From Octopus sinensis (Eukaryota), in the NCBI RefSeq assembly GCF_006345805.1, contig NC_043004.1, forward strand, positions 83,018,001 through 83,082,000: a DNA stretch of 64,000 nt. Direction: 5' to 3'. Of this stretch, positions 53,933 to 64,000 are shown one piece after another (position 1 is the first letter of the stretch; each line of letters opens with the position of its first letter). The notes below the pieces were generated by a model that did no database searches, was not told the origin of the DNA, and saw nothing but the letters and a program-made list of their open reading frames with translations. A program made the translations under genes and the position numbers.

Positions 53933-56856
53933 AATATATGTACAGCTTCGCAACCAGATGGTGTATAAAATGAATGCAAGAGCTCCTATCTATAATAGCT
54001 CTAATACCTTTCATAAACCCTGTCGCTTTTAAAAGTGTGGGCTCTACCCGTAATAGGATTCGTGTTTTCATATAGCGATAGATCAGTCGCACATTCAGAG
54101 TAAGATCCTTGATCCTGAGTTCACATCCTTCGTATACTGCAAAAGATTCTGCATTGATTTCATTCGCATTGCTGTTACCGTTGTTGCTGAACGCTGCTAC
54201 TGCCACACGCTTCTACTGCCGCACGCTGTTGCTGCTGCACGCTGCTTCTATTGTTGAGACTGAGGCGTTGCTCTAAGTTGGGGTGCTCCTTACCTAATGT
54301 TTTAAGGCAGAAATCTATGAAGTGGCTTATTACATCACATAAGTGGCATCCTTACTTCTTACCCTCAATCACACCTCTGCTCCTCTGAGCAAATAGATTA
54401 TTTCTGGGATCTTTTCCACCTCCTATCCCGGGTTGGACACCCGATGGAAGATATCTACTGTAATCCAAACCAATCCACCACCACCATTATCACCGTCGTC
54501 ATCAGAGAAGGTACTAGTCGAATTCATCGTCCCCCAGTGCTTAACTGGTACTTATTTCCTTGAATCTAAACTTATGAAAGGCAAAATCAACTGCGGGGGA
54601 ATTTGAACGCAGAACGTAAAGACGGACTTATGACGCTAATTTTTTTGTGCGTAGTGCTAACAATCTTTTAAGTTCTCTGCCTTAATCATAATCAATTTTA
54701 TGCTTTCTATTACAGGTGCTAGGTCTGAAATTTCGGCTACGGAAACTTGTTGTTTACATCGACCCAACCCCCGATTGGTACTTATTTTATTATCTTCGCA
54801 AGAATGAAAGGTGAAGTCGACCTCGACGTAATTTGAAATCACAACGCAAAAACGACCAAAATACCGGTGTTCTAAGAATACACGCACCTTGTCGCTTTAA
54901 TGGTAACAATCCTTTCTCATATTGTCACAAAGAACTGAAGATTTGTGGAGTGGGTGTCAATCGATTACATCGACACCAGTACTCGACTGATACTTATTTA
55001 ATAAAACCCGAAATAATAAAAGGTAAAGTCGCTCTCGGCTGAATTTGAGCTCAGAACATGAAAACGGACAAAATACTGCTAAGCATTTTCTCAGGCCCGC
55101 TACCAATTCTGCAAGGGCACCGAGTTAATAATAATAACAAGGGAAAAGCTTCACTTATTGGCCCACGACATTCACCATACATACATGGGTTGTTACGAAA
55201 ATACTATGTATTGGAAATCGTTTCACTTCATGCAAAATTATGTTATTCAATATTAGCCAATCATCAACGAATGATGCTTTTTCATATGATACTGGTAGCT
55301 TGCTAAACACATAAAATACACTAAATAAAACATTTCACCATGTATAATAATTTTATGTTATCAGCATTAATTCTTCATGTGGTACTTTGCAGTCTTGCTT
55401 AAAAAGAACTCCTAGTTAATAACCGGATGCTGAATACTGATAGGATGTACATTAAGTATTAAAATCAGTTACTATTTAACCAGGCCATATCTGGCTCAAT
55501 ATAGTACAGGTGGTATGATGCTATGATGAAACTGGCCAGATCCGATTTCTCACAACTACCCTACAAAATCATCCTAAAAGTAAACACTCAAATCACCGAA
55601 ATCTCGATGACTAATTCAAAGCAATTTGAATATATAAGAATTACATTTAACAGAGTAATCTGAATGCGGAATGTTTAGAAAAGTTTAGCACTTCGCTGTG
55701 AGAAAAACTTTTTGCATAGCTGCTTTATTATTTATCAACTTATGATGGATTAAATTAATTTGGATCATTATCTAAACAGATGCATTCTTTTATTAACTTT
55801 ATATTTGGTTATTTGCAAATAAGTTTAAAATGTTATAATACTTGCATTTTGATGAAGCTTCATTCCTCTGTAAAGCACCCATCCGGCTATCAGGGAAAGT
55901 ATTATCGGTAAAATACATACAATTAGCAGCTCATTACTTTTCAAGAAATCATTCACAAATCCATAAAATAAGGTACACAATCCTAGTATCATGTTCATTA
56001 TCAATGATGACGTGTTATGTTGCAATGCTTTATCTGTCTCATCCAATAAACTACACATTTCTTCATGTTTTGTGCAATAATACATGATCATTTCGTTTCT
56101 CTGCATCCACTCATTGCTGAATTGCTTACTGGCGTCTGCATTTAAAACGTCCCGATATTTCTCCCTCAGAACACCAAATTCTATAATTAAATGTTCTACT
56201 ATAACCCAACACAAGTTAAGTTGGGGCAAAATTTGCAGAATAACGAACGTAAATATAATCCAGCCTAACAAAAGAGGCACAAAAATATAAACACTATTAG
56301 AGGGAATAGGATAATAAAATAATTCAAAAATACTAAGTTGATTGTAGGACAATATTGGTAACACAACCGTTAGACATGGGTATAAAATAAACGCTAATAT
56401 AAGTTGAAAGATGATTCTAACTTGGTCAATTTTCAACAGAATGTCGCGCTTAAAATCACAATTATCACATACACACACAAGTGTACTATTTCTAAATGCT
56501 TCCTTTAGCATTTCATAGGTTCCAGATTTATATAGTATGATGATAGAGTATAAAAAATAACAAAATTTCCATTCTACCAGCATACAGATAGTCAATGGAC
56601 TTGAAGATTTTTTACAGATCATTATCCAGAAGGCACACACCGAAAATCTGAAACAATCAAAGATAGCCAAAAAGAAGAACATGCAATGCAAAATGTATTT
56701 CAATCTTTCCTTGTAATTTGACGACGAAAAGGTAGATAAGGAAACCTTCTGATGGAAAATAAAGAATTTCTCCCGTAATACAATTCCATTTTTCAGTTTA
56801 CTTCGTTTAATGATTTCTTCTCTCACTGCACTGAATTTCTTGTGATTTTCTGTCAT
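42339..56856 (-). CDS. GRL-A: gustatory-receptor-like 7TM chemoreceptor (7tm_7 / insect GR-OR superfamily), 4 coding exons, about 411 aa
   Basis: Hand-assembled exons 55846-56856 (337 aa, six hydrophobic segments), 52962-53030, 49868-49957, 42339-42404; all introns phase 0 and AG-terminated. C-terminus reads IHDIVEDLYAMNFKGLSTETRMK|LTLFLDRLNTTPSGISVGGFFVIRPSSILT|IFGSLFTYVIVVLQTKRPTDS*, matching the GR/GRL pattern F..L.....i..gGfF.i and TYhhhhhQ in TM7. Confidence 0.85.
42570..42846 (-). mobile_element. Short 3' fragment of the same Dong/R4-type LINE
   Basis: EIQKIVLMGT.HILRKILSM* terminus plus 3' UTR shared with the other two copies; flanked by (ATT)n on both sides. Confidence 0.85.
43847..47800 (-). 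mobile_element. Near full-length Dong/R4-clade non-LTR retrotransposon (RT, zinc knuckle, restriction-like endonuclease), disrupted
   Basis: YRPITCL, WIDYKKAFDSLPH, YMDDLKLF (about 45510-45545), QFGLDKC, RPDIILKD..LIDMTVP, KLSKYKDL; N-terminal KLAN.RRNI segment. 3' end abuts (TAA)n. In the last intron of GRL-A. Confidence 0.85.
49868..49957 (-). CDS. GRL-A coding exon 3 (LTLFLDRLNTTPSGISVGGFFVIRPSSILT)
   Basis: TTCTTTCATACCTCTATTTACAG acceptor, 90 nt phase 0-0, ACG|GTAAAT donor; typical GR pre-TM7 exon with GGFF motif. Confidence 0.85.
51453..52288. mobile_element. Mariner-derived element made of two 5' ends in inverted orientation
   Basis: About 40-bp terminal inverted repeats (TTGCCATAGTAA / TTACTATGGCAA core). 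The + arm encodes MTEKAERRFHIKFVKSL; the - arm encodes the HTH region (VYEWFRHFEDGR, RPATSR). Confidence 0.7.
52338..52846 (+). mobile_element. Non-autonomous Helitron-like element, second copy with about 200-bp extra internal segment
   Basis: Same termini and body as 13797-14101; inserted at A|T. Confidence 0.65.
52962..53030 (-). CDS. GRL-A coding exon 2 (IHDIVEDLYAMNFKGLSTETRMK)
   Basis: TTTTGATATCATAG acceptor, 69 nt open phase 0-0, AAG|GTATAT donor; fits the intracellular loop after TM6. Confidence 0.7.
55846..56856 (-). CDS. GRL-A coding exon 1 (TM1-TM6)
   Basis: ORF 55825..56892; acceptor TATATTTTTGCAG at 56868 precedes ATG (MTENHKK). Contains the GR-type IEFGVLREKY...H..MCSLLDETDKAL segment. 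Ends LHQN at a GCAAGT donor homologous in position to the GTAAGT donors of V1, V3 and V4. Confidence 0.85.
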
Positions 56857-57033
56857 TTTTGTTGAATCTGCAAAAATATATGTGTTAATCACTATGTAGT
56901 AGAGTGATAAATAAGTTACGCATTTTGTTGTTTGAATGTAATAATGATTATGTTGTCGCTAATTTGTTCATGAACAACATTGAACATCCTAAATCATAGC
57001 AAATACTATTTATTCATAGAACGATGTATTTAC

Positions 57034-57129
57034 CAAAGCCATGTTATATAAAATGCTTTGGTTATCGATCCCCCTAGATTTTCTCCTTCTTTATTCATCG
57101 CTTAACCCTAACAACCCCAAGAAAGTAAC
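57034..57129 (-). other. Probable non-coding 5' UTR exon of GRL-A
   Basis: ATTATTTTTATCTTGCAG acceptor (57130) and TTG|GTAAAT donor (57033); leaves a 166-nt intron to the acceptor at 56868. Confidence 0.45.
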
Positions 57130-57377
57130 CTGCAAGATAAAAATAATACTATGAATAGATATGGATTAAGCGACGGAACGTATCCATATGAACCGAAAAC
57201 CGCAAGCATGAACATTAAAGTTCACATCAAATTTAATAACGAACCCCACAGTCAGGCTCCTTTGCTCCTCCAAGTATATCTCAGACATTCTGGGGAAGCT
57301 GCTGATGATGTTGGTAATATCTGCCACACTGTTATAATATAAGCGGCATTTTCCTACCACAAGTTAGACATTTGGTA

Positions 57378-57418
<41 letters not shown>

Positions 57419-58119
57419 TATATATATATTCAGTAAAAATGTTGATTCAGTACTTAAGTTAAAGGCACCAGAATTAAGTATGGTATTATCAATATAATTC
57501 AAAATGGGTGTGATTATAATCAAAATAAGCAACAAGGATATCAGCGGTAATGCAGTATGATCGTTTCATGCGACTCCATTTAATTAAACAATGCAACTAT
57601 TACATCAGTTTTAAAATGTAGAGCAATCTTCAGCTGCATATAAATATAGAATTTTGGTAAATTTAAAAGATTCATTTTCATAGTTATTCCATCCACCAAC
57701 ATCACAAAGAGGGTAAGTAGGTAGACAGAGAAACAAGTTTCATCAACAAAAACATGGTAGTAATTAATATTTTTTCATGGAGACACTGCTTATCATTGAT
57801 TTTACTTTGCTATCATTCAAGCATCCTTTCTCATAAACTGAGTGTATGTTACGATTCGCTTCGGCTGCAGAGTTTCCATTTTTGTACTCATAAAGCATTA
57901 TGTGCTTCAAATTGTCTTTGGATACTTCCATGTTAGAAAAGGGTTTTAATCAAAGAAACTTTAATTCTATTATTCTAATATTAATAATATTCAATTAGTT
58001 TAAATGTACACAAATGCATAAAAATAATTCTAAATTCCTTTACACACTCTAAAATACTATTAAATCTTTCATTCAATTAAAAAAAAAGGTAAAATCGGAC
58101 AGAACTTATGGGATAACTT

Positions 58120-58187
<68 letters not shown>

Positions 58188-59089
58188 AACATTTAAATTT
58201 CGTTTAGAAAACAGAATTCGCTTTCTGCTAACGATATTGTTCTTCTGTTACTACAAATCACTTAAATGACTGGACGTTGTTTGAAATCGTTCAGGTTGTA
58301 ATTATAATAAATTGAGAATCTTCAGCATTTTAAAAACAAACAGAGGATGTAAGTAATGAAGTATATGAACCAAAGTGTAAAGAAAAATACTATATAATCA
58401 TAAACGTACTATATTAGTATATCAATTCTTTTTGCAAGATTTCTGATGTGAAATCGTGTGTTGAAACAGATATTGTTGTATTTCAGGGTGGTCATTTTAG
58501 ATCTTTATTATATAATAAATAAAATGACCAACCCTAAATGCAACAATATATTAGTATAGTTCTTTATATACAAATAACATATAGAGAAACAAATATGTAT
58601 GCCATATTTAATGTGTTTTTATGTACAACCATAAATACATATACATATATATATATACATGTGTGTGTTTGTGTGTGTGTATTGAATATAATTACATACA
58701 CACACTTGTAAGGTTTTAAAGGAATATTAGATACAGCTGATTCCGGAAATGTTTCAAAAATCACAAATTGTTCTATATGCGAATGTGTACCTCCCATACG
58801 TAATTTTTATTGCAGTCGGTTATTTTCTCTACCGTAAATTCTCACTTTCTCTTCAGTTGTAGTGTTACCGTAATTGTTTGCATTGGATACACTAATCCGT
58901 TTCGAAATAGGAACGGTAATTTTATAGTACTTTATAATATATTGTTTGATTGCTTTAAATATTACGGGCAATTTACAAAGAGTGTTTGCTCTTGGGTATA
59001 TCCTTCTGAAAACTGAATGACTTCTAATATGCTTTCCATGCTCTGATTCATGGTGGATGTCCAACAATGGTGAAAACTGGACGTGTGTA

Positions 59090-59139
<50 letters not shown>

Positions 59140-59208
59140 CGTGTCTGTGTTTGAATGTAAATCGAGATTGTCGGCTAGCTCGGTAGTTATAATACAATAT
59201 ATATATAT

Positions 59209-59244
<36 letters not shown>

Positions 59245-60077
59245 CAGGGAGAGAGAGAAGAGAGAGAGAGAGAGACAGAGAGACATACAGACAGACAAGT
59301 AGGTAAGTAGGAGAAAAATGCAAATTGATACCACGTATTAGATTAAAATTCAAAGACAGAAAAATCTAGATAGAATGATTCGCTTCAGTTTATATACCTT
59401 TGTTGATTCCGTAATAGTTTTCATCCATCTGAAAAATATCTAGGAAGTATTTTATATTATATATCTTCCTACAGTCTTCTTCATTGTGAAAAGAAGCATT
59501 AAAATATGACTTGCTTAGATACGTAAATATATTTATTAACATATACATATTGACGCACGTGTATATAATTATATGCTCGTGTGTGCACAAAAAATTACAC
59601 ATGCATTTACATTCAAACATGACAAGCTTGTGTGTATATATATATACATATATATGTGTGTATGTATGTACATATATATGTATGTAAATATATATATATG
59701 TTTGTATACATGCATGTATGTGAGTGAATGCTTATATGGCTTATATGCAAAGTTGATTATACTGATTGGAAATCAATCAAGTTTATACATAGGAATATTT
59801 ACTGATGGTGGGACATTTTTACTAATGAGTGTGTATGTGTTTTGGACTTATCTATAATATAAGGGCTGATCTTGTGTGCGTAAGTATTTATATGCACATC
59901 TATATATTGTAATAACATGTTTCTTTGAAAGCTACTGAAGCAAATGTTATAGACATAATACAAGCCCGCTTAACAAATATTTTGTAACAGCAATTTCAAC
60001 AAATCGAAACCTACAGTGTAAACTGTTGTGCTTGATGTATATATATATATATATACACACACATATATATACATATA

Positions 60078-60113
<36 letters not shown>

Positions 60114-60329
60114 TGTATGTGTGTATATATATATATATAATATATATAGGAAACAAGCAACAAGAATGGATTAAAATCTCGGTACGATCGTTTCGTACGA
60201 GGACATCTTTAATAAGCTACAAAAAATGCAGTGAAAACAGATGGCTCGTACTCGTCAGCCGAAAAAACATCAGACAATTCCCAAACATCAAAAGGGGTAG
60301 ATACAAAAGAGGTTGTAAGATTAGCTGCA

Positions 60330-60780
60330 TTGAAGAAAGTTCGATTCGTGGAGATCCGATGAAAGGTTTTAAACCTATAGAATTTATGCATGTCTACATA
60401 TAGCTCATATTGAATATTTGATCAAGTTGTGTGAAGAAATTTTCGGATACAGTCATGCAAAATTTCTGAAAATCCGAGTAAGAGGCAAAGTGACTGCCAT
60501 ATCATGTAGAGGAAAGTCTGAGTAAAAGCAAAGTGACTGTCATATCGTGTAGAGGAACAGATTGTTATTAAAACTTAGAAGAATCGCAGATAAGTTCGAT
60601 TTTTTGGAGATCCGATGAAAAAGTCTTGAACTTACAAAAAATGTGTATGTCCTTATAGTTCATAATCCAGCTTTGTGAAGAGATTTCGGGTACAATCATG
60701 CAAAAAATATCAGGGAATCCGAATGAGAAGCAAAATGACAGTCTTATATTGTAGCGGTTCAGGTTGTTAATGAATTTATC
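60330..60780 (+). repeat. Diverged tandem repeat, period about 254 bp
   Basis: AAGTTCGATT..TGGAGATCCGATGAAA at about 60338 and 60593; TGTGAAGA.ATTT.CGG.TACA.TCATGCAAAA in both units. Confidence 0.7.
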
Positions 60781-61482
60781 AAGAATCACAGAAAGAGGAG
60801 GAAGGAGGTAGAAATTTAATCAGTTACTGCTATTTAAACTGTCAAAGAGAAAGGAAAGGGGAAGCTAAGGGGATGGGCACAAGTTGATACTAACAGAAAA
60901 GTCTAAGTTTGTTTAGAACAAAATTCGAACTGAGGTCAACAATTTATTTCTTTATTTATAAATGTTACTATTAATAGATTGTCAGGTTACAAAAAGGTCA
61001 TTAGAAAGGAAAGAAAAATGGGGTTGTTTTTAAATGAAATTAAACAATTATATTATTATTATACTATACTATAATACACTACACTATATTATATTATATT
61101 ATTTTGATATATTATATCACATCACAATACACTACGATAGGTCTGGAATTAGCAGAATTAATTTTTAGTGTAAAAGAAATTAAGAGATTTAACTAACTAA
61201 TATTTGTAATGGGTTAAAAAATAGACTAAGAAATGGAGATAAAAATAGAGCAAAATTTAATTTATTAATAATATGGTCCAAAAGAAATAAATCAAATAAT
61301 TTAAGTCAATAAGTATTAAATAGTACCATCAGAGAGAGAAAAAATTATAATCATAGCTAGTTAGATCTTATCTTTCTAGTTAAATATATAATATACTATG
61401 TAGGAGTGATATGTAAGTCGAAATGAATTTTATGCAAAATGATTCCAGTATACAGTTATCAATTGAGATATGATTTAAAATA

Positions 61483-64000
61483 TCATTTAAAATATTTAAG
61501 AGTCTTAACCCGAGCATGTATACAAGATTTTCCAAGTTCAATTCTGCTGTTTAATTGAATTTCTCCATTATTTCTATACATTAGTATTTCAAATGCTTCC
61601 ATGGAGCAAAGTTGGCAGCCTACTCTGCTATTTTTATAGGGTTTTGCTCTTCTGACTAATTCCCAATTAAGGTTATATTTGATATTATTGTTTTTTAGTT
61701 CCCAAATTTTACTAGAAAGAGTGGTGCTATCAGCCTTATGACGTAATTTAAAGGATGAGAGATAGTTATTCAATCTCTGTTTAAAATTTACAGTGCATCC
61801 AACATAAGAGAACTTATTATTATCTGTGGTTACGGAGCACTTATAGATTATGTTAATTAACCCGCATAAATCAGGGGCCGGGCATTTTGATTTAATTCTG
61901 CAATTACATCTAGGGGCATTATAATTAGAGGTGGAATACCTTGAGGATAGAAGTTTTATATTACTGTTGCTCGAAGCAGAGCGGGTAAATTTATCATGAT
62001 TTTGATTATTGTTATTATCTAAAAAAAACTCTATCATTATTGTAGTTAATATTATTATCTAAAATAGTATTATCATTTATAGGTATTCTTACATTTTCAT
62101 TTGGTTCTAAAGCCCTACTTTCATTATTATTATTATTGGTGCTGCAATCTAAAATAATGTTATCATTATTGCAGTTGATGTTATCTCCTAAAGTAGTATT
62201 ATCATTTGTCGGCATTCCTACACTATCGTTTGTCTATAACTCTACTATCATTGCTGATATTGTTGATGCTATTAGTATTGATGTCGATATTGTTTTCCAG
62301 ATGTGTAGTGTTGTTGCTGATAATGTTGTTACTCTCATTCACTGTACTTACATTCATGGCATTATTCCTATTACTAACATAATCATTCCTATTTATGTTA
62401 TTATTGTTATTAACAATTCCATGGCTTTTGGTTATATTTATTTTATGACATTCATTATTGTTATTATTATTATTATTGTTGCAATTATTACTTTCCGTAC
62501 TGTTATTACAATTTTCCGTTGTATTTTTATTTTTATTTATTAAATTATTTCTGGCTAGTTTTATGTTATTATTATTGATCTTAGCTATTAAAGTGGACAT
62601 ATTTGGGAGAGTTGAATAAGAACTTCTGACTGTTTTTTTAGAAATAATTTTATGATATCTATGAGAGGATGGGACATTTTTTTCTAGAATTGTTTTGAAT
62701 CTACCCTGAATATCTGATGAAACCGCGCAGTTAAAAGGGATGTTTAGCCATATTATGTCTTTCTTATTAAATTTCTTCGAATTAGAGTTAGGGCTGCTAG
62801 AATTTTTCCCACTAGAGTTAGGGTTATTAGAATTAATCGTACCATCATCAGATTCTTTGTATTTATTAATGTTCCCGTTAGCATGTTTGCTAGTTTTATC
62901 CAAGTTTATTTTACCCTTATTATAAGTATTCTCTGTTATGTTTTTATTAATATTCTTAATATCATTAGGGTACTTTGCCGCTGTAAATCTATTTCTACTA
63001 TCCTTTCTGGTATGGTCATTATTGTTGTCTACGTTACTAATAGTGTGTTTCTTAGTTTTAATTTTATTTAAGGTTGCCTTATCAGGGCTATCTATGTTAT
63101 GGTCTATGTATTTATCCTTATACTTATCATTACGATTAGATGTTGTATTAGATCCACATCTATGTATCTTTTCGACTTTATCATTTTTGTTGTTTATGTG
63201 GTTATTGCTGTTTAATTTACTTAAATTATTATGATGAGTTCCTAGGTTTTCCATATTTTCAAATGTAATTTTCTGGTTATATCCTGCTCTAGATAACGCC
63301 TCATTGTAATGTCCTGAGTGTGAGTTAAATATATTAAAATTAGATGATAATTTGGATATTCTTATGGAAATATTTCTAACTAAGGAATTTATTATATTTG
63401 GGGGATGATTAGATAATTTATTTACGTAACTAGTGATTTCACCTTCCTTTCTAAATGGATAATGTAGTTTGGAGTTAAGGTCTAAAGTAATATCTAGAAA
63501 ATTAGCTATTTTAATGTTTGGTTCGTAGGTTATGCTAAGGTTGAAATCTTTAAAGAACCTATTAATCTTCTTTTTAATTCTTTCTATGTGTGATTTATTA
63601 TTGGTATTTACAACAAACAAAGCATCATCTCTATATAGACCACCTTGCAATTCAGGGATCTCTTTATTAATGCATTTCAGTAGATATGCTCCTACTAAAT
63701 TGGTTACCTCAGCCGAATCACTTGAGCCCATAGGAATATCGAAAAAGTTAGGGGTATCAGCTCTGGTCCATAATTTTCCCTCAAACTCAATAAATGTTTT
63801 TCTAGCTAAAAGTACAATGTCTATTTCTTCTCTAGATATGAGGGAGCGATTCATCGCGAATATAAGCGATTTATTTAATAGGATAGGGGAAATGCTAGAG
63901 TAGTAGTTATTTAATGAAGGTTAAATTATTCGTATTAGTTAGGGAATTAAACCATTTAAGGACCTCATCGGTATTTATCCACAGGCTTAAGGGAAGAAGT
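61483..64000 (-). mobile_element. Penelope-like element, RT plus C-terminal GIY-YIG, probably Hydra clade; 5' part beyond window
   Basis: 62223..63854 RT (PMGSSDSAEVTNLVG, GGLYRDD). 61483..62037 has CxCx5Cx5C, IIY...YVG and a C-terminal CQLC, with no CxxC between the GIY and YIG motifs. One frameshift in the Asn-rich linker. Confidence 0.85.

Noticed and set aside
55170-55300. Open phase-0 stretch LPVSYEKASFV... as an alternative exon 2 of GRL-A
   Set aside because: Weak acceptor and no family resemblance; 52962-53030 fits better.

Overview
AT-rich, microsatellite- and transposon-saturated animal DNA. The SINE families resemble those I recall from Octopus genomes, so a cephalopod origin is inferred but not verified by search. 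The only recognisable host genes form a minus-strand cluster of gustatory-receptor-like (GRL / 7tm_7, insect OR/GR ion-channel superfamily) sequences. One complete 4-coding-exon gene (GRL-A, 56856->42339, about 411 aa) could be assembled by hand, with three phase-0 introns and a terminal TY-hhhhh-Q motif. Downstream of it lie four paralogous large exons (V4 29571-30626, V3 21715-22760, V2 15757-16559 degenerate, V1 8133-9185). V1, V3 and V4 encode TM1-TM6 and end at the same phase-0 GTAAGT donor, but I found no TM7 exons between or after them in the window. The best hypothesis is an alternatively spliced locus, with variable first exons joined to shared 3' exons beyond the left window edge, as in Drosophila Gr28b/Gr39a. 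The rest is Penelope-like elements of two clades, Dong/R4-type LINEs in (TAA)n, hAT and Tc1/mariner relics, non-autonomous Helitrons, SINEs (some with hammerhead ribozyme cores), foldback palindromes and simple repeats. Most short ORFs in the track are microsatellite artefacts.
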